A stretch of DNA of 63,032 bases, filler included, from Olpidium bornovanus S191 (Eukaryota; Fungi; Olpidiomycota): assembly GCA_017911155.1 (NCBI GenBank). It is 27 parts of 27 records of this genome, joined end to end, with 100 filler letters (N's around TTAATTAATTAA, not from the genome) between each part and the next. Parts side by side here need not be neighbours in the genome. Positions count along the whole stretch, not along the records: positions 11,515 to 14,024 come from JAEFCI010007029.1; positions 14,125 to 18,240 come from JAEFCI010009547.1; positions 18,341 to 21,855 come from JAEFCI010010286.1; positions 21,956 to 23,308 come from JAEFCI010001600.1; 23 more parts are not named here. One strand, written 5' to 3'. Every line of letters begins with the position of its first letter. Position 1 is the first letter of the stretch. Below, piece after piece: positions 12,748 through 23,408 of this stretch. Position numbers and translations under genes: made by a program. Under the pieces are notes generated by a model. It worked only from the letters and a program-made list of their open reading frames with translations, did no database searches and was not told the origin of the DNA.

Positions 12748-14024
12748 TGTTGAAGTGTTGAATTTCGCGTTGTTTTTTCCTTCTTTGTCTTTACTCTCGT
12801 TTGAACCACAGGCGGTTAGTTAGAACCCCTTAATGTTTAACCGCTATCCCCTGGCTAACGCGTAAAACTCTCTGAATAAAACGCCCCACGGCGGGCGCAA
12901 AACCACAGAAAGAAAACGAACAGGTTATGAGCCCAAAGGGACTCTGACGCGTCGCCGCTCACCGGCGCTTCCCCGTCAGCCCCCCCCTCTCCCGCCGCAG
13001 CCGCCGCTCACCGGCCGCTCGCCCACCGCTCATCCCCGCAGCCGCTGCGCTCACAGCCGCCGCTGCGCATCCGCCGCCTTCTCCGCTGCTCGGCTTTTTT
13101 CGCAGCCGCATTTTGCGGTGCTGCCCTGCACTCAGCGCTTCGCCCCGCTTTCTGCAAGGAGAGAAGCGCCATCTTAGCCGCCGCCGCTGCGCTTTTTGCA
13201 AGGAGAGAAGCGCCATCGCCGCCGCTTCGCCGCAGCCGCCGCCGTTTTTTTCGCCGCCGCCGTTGCGCCGTTCGCCACTGCGCCTTCCTTTTTTCTCGCC
13301 GCCCGGCACCGTCGACGCTTCACCCCCCATCGGCACCACTCCATTGGCACCGACGCTTCGCCACCGGCACCCGCAGTTTTTCGGCTTCGCTTCGGCTTCG
13401 CTCTGCGCTTCACTTTGGCCGCCGCTGCCTCCGCCGCCGTCATCGCCATCCGCCGCTAAGCTTCACCTCACGCCGGCACCCCGACAATGCCGTATGATAA
13501 TGACCATTCAACTGCACCAAAACCTAGCAAAGGCGCCATTTTCTCGACCGGACGCCTAGCCGGTGCTAACGACATACCTTTCACGCCTTCCCCAAACCCC
13601 GCCACCACGGACACTAACCTTCCCCAAGACCGTGACCGTGAACTGCAGGACACCAAGGCTACTTTACTCGCCACTCAACAGCAATTACGAGACCTTATAC
13701 TGGCACAGTCCGAGCACTCGTTTACGCGACCGGAAGCTTCAGGCCGCATTTAACGTCGAAAGTTGAACATTTCGTCTAACTCGATCCGCCTCATCTTTTC
13801 TGAAATTCCAAAAAATGAAGGGAAAGGTGGATCTTTTGCAACTTTTATTGGACAGCGCAAAATGACCCAAGAAACTATGTAAATGCGTTTCTCGAAAAAC
13901 GAAGAAGAGGCTGCAATTTCTCAAACTTTTACGGCTTGGTTCTCGATGAGTTCGCAACGGATTTGAATGCCGTTTGGTATGATGATGCGCGTCACGAAGA
14001 CGAATAACTTCCTGCTTGCGCTGG
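12748..14024 (+). mobile_element. 5' end of a short-LTR retrotransposon: LTR 12748-12922, PBS 12923-12934, GC-rich leader, degenerate gag
   Basis: TGTTG...GAACA termini, PBS GGTTATGAGCCC, about 550 bp of GCC/CTCACCGGC-rich leader, then a disrupted ORF from 13487 (KGAIFSTGRL...RLIFSEIPK) resembling the gag at 41387-42000. Confidence 0.8.
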
Positions 14025-14199
14025 NNNNNNNNNNNNNNNNNNNNNNNNNNNNNNNNNNNNNNNNNNNNTTAATTAATTAANNNNNNNNNNNNNNNNNNNN
14101 NNNNNNNNNNNNNNNNNNNNNNNNCATGTCGGATGCGGGCGACAAAATCGAACCGCGGCGCGCAGCGAGTATTAAGCAACGGGATACGTACGCCTTTTC

Positions 14200-15227
14200 A
14201 GCTGCTTGGGCGCAACGGGTGGAGAAACGTCTTTTGCCACTCTTGAATACAGGACAGGTGGAAAGTGTGGCCGCATCCGGCGCCCGGGATGGACACCCCG
14301 TGTTGGGCCAAATCGCGGAGGCATATCGCGCAATCCTGGGCATCAATATTGCGCCAAGATTTTGCGGGGCCGGGCGACGAGCACGAGCCGATCCCACATG
14401 GCCAAGTTGCGACCACTGTAAAGCGAGTGGCAGCCCAGCGCGTTTGCATCGTTCCACCCGCCCATAACGAAAACGCTTTCGCCAGTCTTCTTGCCGTCAA
14501 ACCTCTATTCACAGTGATAAAAGCTGCATGTGGAGGAAACCACTTTTGTGCCGGACGCCGGGCACTCGCACGCGTCCCCCGTTACCGAGAAGGCCGTCAT
14601 GCCTTTGCAGCAGATGATCACTTGATTGCGCCACGCGTCGCACTTCCGGTTGCGGCAGGTACCCTCCACGCACAAGCCGCCAGTCGGGTGCCCGGGGATC
14701 GAAGCGGGAGAACTTCAGCCCGCTCAGGCCGCTGACGTCAGAGAAAGATCGACATTGTTTTCCGCCTAGCAAGGCAAATACCAGGTGGAGAACGTTTTCC
14801 TCAGCTAGACCGTACTCGGACAGACGCTCTGTGTCTTCAAGTTGTTTCCTGCAAATATCAGCCGCTGTTGGTCGGGCGGTATTCCCTCCGAATTTTGGAT
14901 CACCCCCTTTAGATTTTCCACGGTGTCGTCGGCCGGGATGGACGCCCGAATCGCCTTTCCTATTATTTTGATCCACAGAGTGAGGCAGCCTGGCTTCCGG
15001 CTTAACGCCGTGAATCTAATCGACGAAAGCGGCCTGTCCGGCAGATATTTACACAGCACTTCATCGTCCTTCAGACGCCTTCCACTATACCGGAGCTCGA
15101 CCCGCCCTTTGTTGTCCGGCACCACCAGAGCGGTGCGGACTTGCACGACCCGCGCTGTATCCGCGCGGCGGACCGGTAAGGACAAGAAGCGGAAATCGCC
15201 CGACGGCGAGAAGTATTGCACGATCAT
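14200..15227 (-). pseudogene. Disabled gene: two ubiquitin-like domains, Cys-rich APxWR/GLCxEGxC domain, RING-H2-like finger
   Basis: GIPPDQQRLIFAG/KQLED..LSEYG..LHLVFALLGG with a 1-nt deletion at 14845-14847. APDW/GLCVEGTCRNRKCDAW has a deletion near 14679. HCE*RF has TAG at 14505-14507. CAICLRDL..GCGHTFHLSCIQEW (14237-14332) lies in another frame. No introns seen. Confidence 0.75.
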
Positions 15228-15996
15228 CCTTGCGGGTTATTTTGCTTAGCGCGTTTGGGTCGTGTTTCCTAAAAGATCGTTTTTCTGGGGAGTGTGTTTG
15301 GGATAGGTTCCGCGTTCTTTTCTTTTTTTTTGTTGCTGCCGCCGAACCGGTGGACATCACCCTGATGACACGCGCGAATCGCGGACTGCGCGTTTCCGTC
15401 CTGATTCACGACCGCATGAGCGCATGGTGGCGCCGGCCTGCTGCTGTCAATCGCTGCCGTGGATAAACAAGGTGACGACCGTGGGTACCTATGACGACTT
15501 GCGGTCGCATTGTGTCCGAAATTTGCGGCTTGCGCGTGCTGAGTCCACACAGGTTTGGCGAACGTTCAGGTGCGCGGCGGAAGTTCCCGTGAAGATCGAG
15601 CTGCAGGACCGGGCCTCTTTGGAGGCCGCTTCTTATAGCTCCTAGTTGCAGAGCCAGGGACAACCCAGCAGAGACAGGCTGCCCGTTGGCCTTCCAACTA
15701 TGGCATTTGCCGTTCCCCGACTATATGGCGCACGCAACAATCACCCGATTTTCGGTTTTGTGCAGAATGAGCCACCGAAGCAAAAGCCGCCGGCAGATGG
15801 TTCTCCGCGTTTGGCGGACCGGATTTAAACACGGGCAGCGCCAATCAGAGTTGCGAAAAGTTACTTCAATCTATGTCACGGTCTGCGCTTCGCCACCATC
15901 TTACGCCCCGTCACCTGCACTCGCCCGTCCGGCAGATAGCAGGAAGAAACCAGGGAAGAGAAAAACAGAGCTGCAATTTCTGTTTCGCTGGTTTCG

Positions 15997-16561
15997 TCAA
16001 GATTTCGGGGCCTTCACCGATACGACGACTTCCTCTTTCATAAGGTACGGCAGCTGCTTTCCTCTGTAGTTGACGTGCGCCGTCCCCGACACGCGGATGA
16101 CGTAATCCCCTGTCGCTTGAGGCGCCGTCCAGTTTGCGCACGAACTCCAGGGGCCCAGGATCGGCTTGGTGCGGGTGCTGAGCACGGCAGCGCAGACCGA
16201 GCCGACGGACCGCGCCATACCCGCCGGACAACCGAGAGCCTGCGGCCGGCTCCGACGCTCCAGGACCCAGATCTCGGCGAACTTAAGATTTGCCATGCCG
16301 TCGTAGCGAACTCTATACTGTATGCGCACGGTCGATCCCGGGTGAGCGGTAGACCCGTTCGCAGGCGACTCGATGAAAATCGTGTCTGAGGCGCGGCGCA
16401 CGCGCGCGCGGAGGGGGCGGAAGGATTTTAACGAATCGCTTTAGGACGGTAAACGAGGTTTTCCTGTGCGGACGGCGAATCTCACCGGCGGCACATGACA
16501 TATTTTCACCGAGGATAACTGATCCCGCGATCCATGCCAGCAGCACGGCAGCACGTAGCAT
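15997..16561 (-). CDS. Small predicted secreted beta-rich protein (about 154 aa, 2 exons)
   Basis: Hydrophobic leader MLRAAVLLAWIAGSVILG. A GTGAGA...CTCAG intron (16386-16485) keeps frame into DTIFIESPANGSTAHPGSTVRIQYRV...WTAPQATGDYVIRVSG. Confidence 0.6.
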
Positions 16562-17820
16562 GGTCCTTATTTCCTGGCCTAAAATATTGCAGAACAGTGC
16601 CCCTCGCTTTAAATGCCCCCAGAAGTTCGGAGGAACGGTGCGTGCAAAGCTTACAACAGCGTAGAAGTTTAAGCGCGAACGCGCTGATGGCGTCAGAAAG
16701 GATAAATGAAGGCCTTGATGTGAGCTGGCCCCTCTTCGTCCCCTCCCCCCCCCCCCCCTCCCCCCTTTATCTTCGCGGAGTCAAAATTTCCAACCGAGGC
16801 CGGCGCTATTCACGTCCTTCCAGGCAACTAACGATATCTTTCAATATTTCGCACTGCAACGGACCTGGCTATATATACGACTTTGGACTCTCTTTGGCAA
16901 GTTGCGCTAAATTGGGTGCATCTCTACTAAGTGCGGCAATCGTGTCTAGGCTAATCGTCCGCCGCCGCTCAGCTTCACGACGTTGCTCACCATTCTGAAC
17001 TAGCTAATATAAAAATTCGTATTCTTTCTCCTGGAGTCAAACGCGGAAACACAGCTAGTTTGCGCTCAGGGATGAGGCGTTGTGGCAGAGGATGTCGCCT
17101 GCCCGCCACGCTGCGGCCCTGATACGCACTCCGGCGGAATACCTTAGTGCGAGACCTGCCGGTGCTCGACAGACCACCAACCAGCAGCGATCGGAAACGG
17201 CCCATGGGCAATAGAACCTCTACTCTTTTCTGACGCTTGGAAATTTCGCAGCTTGCACTTCCGGGTGGTTTCCGTAATTCTTGGCAGAGAAGGCCAAAGT
17301 GAAAACGCCGCAGAAAGACTAAGTATCGCCTGAAGCGACGGCGGCCAATCCTACCCTACTTCGATATGAGTGCCGGCGTCCGCCCCACCGTCAACGACAC
17401 CTCCCTCAAGGGGATGTCAAGTTGAATGTATGAGAAGGTGCGACCGTGAAAAAAAAGTTGATACCGGCAAATAGCTACCTGCGCGGCTTTCGCCCATGCA
17501 TCGGCGGCGCCTCCAAGCAGCAGCTTGGAGAAGAACGCCGACATGTGGAGGCCGCAGCAGTAGCACAGGGGCCTGCCGCCTCATCTAAATACGCGGCAGC
17601 CAGATCGCCGTCCTCCTCTGGTGAAGCTGCTTCCGGGCGAAGCGCAAGCGCGAGGAAAGTTTATAAATAATGGACAGAAACGCCCTCGTTTGCGCACATA
17701 CACTCCGCGGAGGGCCCTCGCGTCGACCAAATCAGCCCAAATTTAGGAACAGAGAAGGAGCGTAAATACCGAACTGTTGACTTCGTCGTTGCATATTTCT
17801 TCCGGAATTGAAAACGGTTT

Positions 17821-18009
17821 CTTTGGTCGCGCGGGATTCTCGGAGCTTTAAACCCGATTTTCATTTTCATTTTGACCGCACGTGTTTCTTACACGTCTTG
17901 GCAATATTGCGGGAGCCCTTTGGTCGCGCGGGATTCTCGGAGCTGTAAGTCCGATTTACATTTCGTTTTGACGGCGCGTGTTTCTTACACGTGTTGGCAA
18001 TATTGCGGG
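17821..18009. repeat. Tandem duplication, 97-bp period, 2 copies
   Basis: CTTTGGTCGCGCGGGATTCTCGGAGCT...GTGTTTCTTACACGT.TTGGCAATATTGCGGG starts at 17821 and again at 17918. Confidence 0.9.
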
Positions 18010-18340
18010 GGCGTCCTAGAAGATAGGCGACAGTTTTTTCGTACGTGATTCTTACTTAAATCCATCGTCGGGGCTGCCGGTTAGTTATTCTTTATCTCAA
18101 TTAAGCCGGGCGGAATTGCTAATAGATGTTCTCAGGGGCTTAAGCACGCATCAATGGATGGCTTTGGCCGTTTTACCCTTCCAATGCACCGTCACTCAGC
18201 GTCCAGGCAGGCTCGCCAAACATTTGCGGCCCGGTCGGGGNNNNNNNNNNNNNNNNNNNNNNNNNNNNNNNNNNNNNNNNNNNNTTAATTAATTAANNNN
18301 NNNNNNNNNNNNNNNNNNNNNNNNNNNNNNNNNNNNNNNN

Positions 18341-18450
18341 CATGAGTTTTTCCTTGACGTGCTCAGTTTTTTACCAAGGCCTTACGTGAGCTAAACTCCT
18401 TCGACGACTCTTGTCGTTTTTAGCTGCTCAGGGTATGGCCCTTCGAGTGA
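18341..18450 (+). CDS. Possible last exons of an unassigned gene
   Basis: HEFFLDVLSFLPRPY, then a short GTGAGC...TTTTAG intron, then LLRVWPFE*. Confidence 0.3.
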
Positions 18451-18936
18451 AGAGGAGTGTTGTGACCTGAAAGATGCGCTCTGCGGGATTGAAGATGCAA
18501 CCAATCGGGCTGAGAGCTCTCCGAACCTCCCACACCCCTTCAAAAGCAAACAAAGGAGAAAAGAAGAAGAAGAAGAAGAAGAGAGCAGAATTGCAGCATC
18601 TATCTTCAATTTTTATTTTGGCGGCGAGACCGGGAGAGGTAAAAACGGAAGGAAAAAAAATTCGTTTTCAATTCTAGACCGTAACGCGGATCGCCCGTGG
18701 CCTGGAAACGTGATCCCCGTGGGGCGCATTCCCCGGCGCTCGCGCCTCCTCGGCGTTCAGACGGCACACGCGCGGTGAGGCGCGCCGAGGTGCAAACCCC
18801 GACGCGGTCCACGCCGACAACACCGGGTTGCAGCCTTGCCGCGTCAGGCGCGAGGCGGCGTCGGCCGACCGACAACTCCATTTGGCGGACTACACCGGGC
18901 CGCTGCTATCGGAAGGGGACCGAGAGGGAGCCCTCT

Positions 18937-19878
18937 CTAAAACAGTCTGCTGACGAGGGCGGTGATGGCAGTCTCGGTCTTCAGGATCCTCTCGCCGAGA
19001 GTGACGCACCGAAACCCGTGGTCCCTGAGGAGCGCGCCCTCGTCCGGGATCCAACCGCCCTCCGGGCCGACGGCGAGGACGGTGTTCCGGTCTCCGACGG
19101 CCCGGGGGCACGGTATGGGAGCCGCGACCTCGTCGGGGTGGGCGAGCAGCTTCAGGGACTCCTCACGCGCAATGGCGGGGAGCCCGTCGGCGGCGAACTT
19201 GGCCCACGCGTCGTACCGGAGCATCGAGGGCAACACGGTGTCCTTGGCTTGCTCCAGGCCGATGGCAAACTGATGCTCAACGTTTTCGGGGTGCAGCACC
19301 GAGGAGGACCAGTAGCTCTTCTCGACGCGCGTGGCGCCGACCAGCGCGAGCTCCCGGACCCCCAGGGTGGCCACCGTCTGGAGGATGCGGTTGAACACCT
19401 GCGGCCGCGGCATTGCCAGCACCAGCGTCAGCGGGAGTTTAGGCGGCGGCGGGGACGACGGGCTCCTCGTGTCCTCCTCCGCCGCCGCCCCGCACCTCGC
19501 TCCCGCCAGTCCTCCCGCCGCCGCCGCACCGCCGCCGCCGCCGGTCCCGCCCGCAGCCGCCCCGGCGGCGACCTCCAGCTCGATGAAATCTCCTTCCCCG
19601 CGGGCAGCGGCGGCGGCGGCTGCGGCGTCGAGTTCGACGTCGGAGGCGGCAGCGGCCCGTCGGCCGCCCGAGGAGCGCGGGGAGGCCGCTGCCGCCCGGC
19701 GCGGCGAGGGCGCGCGCGTGAGCCTGGCGAGCAGCCTGTTCCCGCCGAGCACACCGACCTGCAGCAGGTCGCCCTCGCGCGACTTAAGGACGTCGCGGAC
19801 GTGGTTGCACCTCCGCCCGGCCAGGCGCACGGTGGTCTGGGACACGAAGTCCTTGGGCGTCAGGAGAATCAGGTTCAT
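18937..19878 (-). CDS. rsmE: RsmE-family SPOUT rRNA methyltransferase (16S m3U1498 type), intronless
   Basis: MNLILL..., HVRDVLKSREGDLLQVGVLGG, LTLVLAMPRPQVFNRILQTVATLGV, RVEKSYWSS, GLEQAKDTVLP, LAVGPEGGWIPDE and the C-terminal TLGERILKTETAITAL. Contains a long Ala/Gly/Pro-rich insertion. Confidence 0.9.
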   Translation of the reverse strand: MNLILLTPKDFVSQTTVRLAGRRCNHVRDVLKSREGDLLQVGVLGGNRLLARLTRAPSPRRAAAASPRSSGGRRAAAASDVELDAAAAAAAARGEGDFIELEVAAGAAAGGTGGGGGAAAAGGLAGARCGAAAEEDTRSPSSPPPPKLPLTLVLAMPRPQVFNRILQTVATLGVRELALVGATRVEKSYWSSSVLHPENVEHQFAIGLEQAKDTVLPSMLRYDAWAKFAADGLPAIAREESLKLLAHPDEVAAPIPCPRAVGDRNTVLAVGPEGGWIPDEGALLRDHGFRCVTLGERILKTETAITALVSRLF

Positions 19879-20043
19879 CGGCAGGCGGGGTTGCTTTGGG
19901 CAAAAGCGGGCGGTTCTCGCACGCGGAGGAAAAAAACCAAGCGGGGCGGCAGTGCGGAAGCGAAACGCCACATTTGGAAATCAAAAAAGAAAAAAAAGAA
20001 AATATAAAAAACACAGCCGGGAAGAAAGAGCGCACCAGCGAGA

Positions 20044-21586
20044 ATGGCGCCGATCGCCGCCCGGAAGCCGAGGGCGGTCGTCGTCGGTTCGCTGAACCTG
20101 GACGAGGTGTTCGTCGTGCCCCACATCGCGGCGGAGGGCGAGACCCTCTCCGCCGCGGAGTACACGGTGCAGGCCGGCGGCAAGGGTGCGCGGACGCCGT
20201 GTCTCCGCGCTGCTTCCCCCCTGGCGTTCGAACGCTGACTCCGCCCGCCAACCTTTTGCTATTTTTTTTCTTTTGCCGGACGGAACTCGTCGTTTACCAA
20301 CTGGCCCGCCGCCGCCGCCAACGCTGGCTCCCCTTTTTGCAGGCGCTAACCAGTCGGTGGCCCTGGCGAAGGTACAAAAAAAGGGATCCCCGGTTTTCGT
20401 TTTTTTTTTCTTGATGTGGCCGGTACGGGGTGGTGGGATTCGGTTGGTGCGCGCGAGTTAACCGGCTGAACTGAAACACTGTCGTCGAAATTTCCCTACG
20501 GTGGGGGCGGGGGGGGGATGGGTGCGTGGACAGGCTGGCGTCGAAGTTTATCACTGCGGCAAGATAGGCAGTGACGGTCGGATGCTCACCAGGCGCATGG
20601 AGGCGGATGGCGTTCGCGTGGGACGCGTTGTCGTCTCTGAGAATGAAGTACGGCCGATTTGCCTTTATTATTCGTTCCCGGCGAAAAGCGTACCCCTAAG
20701 ATTTGCGAGGCCCGCAGCACACCGGACGCGCCATCATCCAGCTTTCGGCTTCTACGAGGGACAACGCCATTGTTCTTTTCCCGGCAGCAAACCATCGCCT
20801 GAGCATGAGCGACGTGAAGGACGCCGTGCTGGGCGAAGCGGGGCAACCGGGCGACTGGCTGGTTTTGCAGAACGAGGTGAGATTCTCCGAGGAAGACGGA
20901 GGGCCTCGGGCCTTCCACGACCTGATCAAGCTTGCCAAAGAAAAAGGTGCTCTTCCCCCTCTTCCCTGCAAAATGCCGGTGTTTGCCGTTTTATGGTCTG
21001 CGCGTCGCGTCCCGCGCATGCTGACCGCACCCGGGTTGCGGCGGCGGGCAAAAAAGGTATGCTCGTCGCGCTCAGCCCAGCGCCTTACGAGGATGATGTC
21101 TCGCGGATTTACCCTTTGGAATCGGTGGACGTCCTGTTATTGAATGCGCACGAGGCGCGCGGCCTGGCCGGAGAGGGCTGGAGCGGAGCACAAGCGGCGA
21201 CGCCCGTGCAGCTGCTCGCGACCATCTGCACGAAAATTCCGTCGGTGCGCCTGGTGGTGATGACCCTGGGGGCGGAGGGCGTCGTCGCGCGCTGGCGTTC
21301 AGGCTCCGGCGAGTACGAGGACACTCATTTGCCTGCGGCAAAGTTGCTCCGCCCTGTCGTGGACACCACGGGAGCGGGGGACACGTTCGCCGGCTACCTG
21401 ATAGCGGGGCTCATGCGGACGGTCGACGGCGACGGAAGCCGGCCGGTCAATTTCCAGGTGGACAATGCCCTGCGGGAAGCCGTCGTTGCGGCGGCCATGG
21501 CGTGCGAGACGCACGGGGCCATGGCCGGGGTGCCCACTTTCGCCGAAGTCAGCCAGCGGATAATAGACCTCCGCGACAAAAAATGA
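20044..21586 (+). CDS. RBK1: Ribokinase (PfkB family), multi-exon
   Basis: VVVGSLNLD, GETL...GGKG/ANQSVALAK, GKIGSDG, TGRAII, LVLQNE, LLLNAHEA, VMTLGAEG and VDTTGAGDTFAG. Confidence 0.9.
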
Positions 21587-21955
21587 ATTTTTTTTTTTCC
21601 TTTTTCTTTTTCGGCTGCCAGGACAAAGTTGTGACACGAGGTTGAAACGAATGTAGCCTCTTCTGAGGTTGCACTGATTTTCGTGATGCGTATCACCTCC
21701 ATGTAGACTAATTGTGGGCGCATGCAGGAAAACTTCATTCACATTCACACGTTTTTCGAGGACTGGGAGGTTGCGGGTTGCATATTTCCGGCCCAACGAC
21801 GTGTTCCGATGCCGGGGGATTGAATGTGGCGTTCCGAACGCAGCGACAGGCTTGGNNNNNNNNNNNNNNNNNNNNNNNNNNNNNNNNNNNNNNNNNNNNT
21901 TAATTAATTAANNNNNNNNNNNNNNNNNNNNNNNNNNNNNNNNNNNNNNNNNNNN

Positions 21956-22167
21956 AGTCCTTACACTGTCGACGGCCGCGACGCTGGGATACGAATTAGA
22001 CGTGTAGCCTCTCAGCGTGGCATCCCACCCTGGCCGGAGACTTATGCGTTCAAGAATATTGGGCACCGAAAGCATGGTCGCGGCCACTCTCAGTGCGGCA
22101 AAGCACAGTTCATCTGAACCGAACTGGCCGAGACCGGATGCCGGCTGGGAATAACGCCGAGAGAGAC

Positions 22168-22208
<41 letters not shown>

Positions 22209-22809
22209 TTGGCTGGAAGGGACCAGACGGTTTCCTAATAGTAAGCGTCCGAGACTTTCGCACCGGCGAAAACCTGCCGTACCTTGGGAAGCACGCGGCT
22301 CAGCGCCGCGATGAAATCCGGGACCAGCAAACGTATGCCCTCTAGATCCGCGGCGAACAGGCCCGTCGAATTCAGGAGGATCGTGGGCAGACACGTGTTC
22401 GTCCGCAGGCCCTCGCACAGCGCGCAGTAGAACTGCTCGATGTACGTAACCAGGAACCTGTTGCGCCGCTGCGGCCGGCAAAATATGCGACACACCACCC
22501 CGATCGCTTCCGCTTGGCCGGCCTGGTAGCTGCCGAAAAAGGGGCCGAAGAATAAGGCGAAACCAAGCCCGTGCCCTTTTGGCCGCCCCCCCCCCCTCGA
22601 AAAAGCAAAAAGACCTCGGCGCGCGAACGTACTCGCTATCCGGGCGCGAGCGGCGGGCGGAGCAGGCCTGGAACAGCCAACTCCCGAACATGTGCAATAT
22701 GGTGTTGCCGTCGAGCGGTTCGACGTTTTCGGGAGTCTCCTAATAAAGGCTCGATCCTTGGCCGTTAGTCGCGGTGAGTGGTTCACCGTTTGAACGGACG
22801 CGCCCCGCC

Positions 22810-22847
<38 letters not shown>

Positions 22848-23260
22848 TGCCCCCCCCCCCCCCCCCCCCCCGCCCCCCCCCCCCCCCCCCCCCCAAAAGA
22901 AAACATCCAGAAATGAGAAAACGAATTCGAGCTTTGCGGGATGGAAAGGGGGACCGGGAAATCTCACCTGTCTCCGGCTCCTGTGACGCTGACGATCTCG
23001 ACGTCGCGGGTCCGCGGGCCCGCCACGTGGCGAAACGAAAGAGTCCCCGGCCGCGCTCCGCCGGCGTTCCACCGCACCAAGGCCTCCTCGCGACAGCCGC
23101 CGCCGCCGCCTCCCCGGAAGGCCAGCGCGGTTTCGAACGGCGCCTCCCCCACGTGCCGTTCGGCGAGCACGACCCCCCTGGCTCCCAGTTTGATGAACAG
23201 CGTCGGGATGTGGCGAAGCAGGACCGTCGCGTCCCGGACAACCGAACCGATCGCTTCTGT
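21956..23260 (-). CDS. RALGAPB: Ral GTPase-activating protein beta-subunit-like (internal exons)
   Basis: GNTILHMFGSWLFQAC, YQAGQAEAIGVVCRIFC, YIEQFYCALCEGL and ILLNSTGLFAADLEGIRLLVPDFIAALSRVLP parallel the RALGAPB N-terminal half as I recall it. Confidence 0.7.
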
Positions 23261-23273
23261 TGTTCGGGCGAGG

Positions 23274-23308
<35 letters not shown>

Positions 23309-23408
23309 NNNNNNNNNNNNNNNNNNNNNNNNNNNNNNNNNNNNNNNNNNNNTTAATTAATTAANNNNNNNNNNNNNNNNNNNNNNNNNNNNNNNNNNNN
23401 NNNNNNNN

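Noticed and set aside
18937-19878. Bacterial contaminant contig
   Set aside because: The same contig carries a spliced ribokinase, and the ORF has a eukaryote-style low-complexity insertion.
18697-20095. Long plus-strand ORFs (436 aa and 254 aa)
   Set aside because: They are antisense shadows of the GC-rich rsmE ORF with no motifs.
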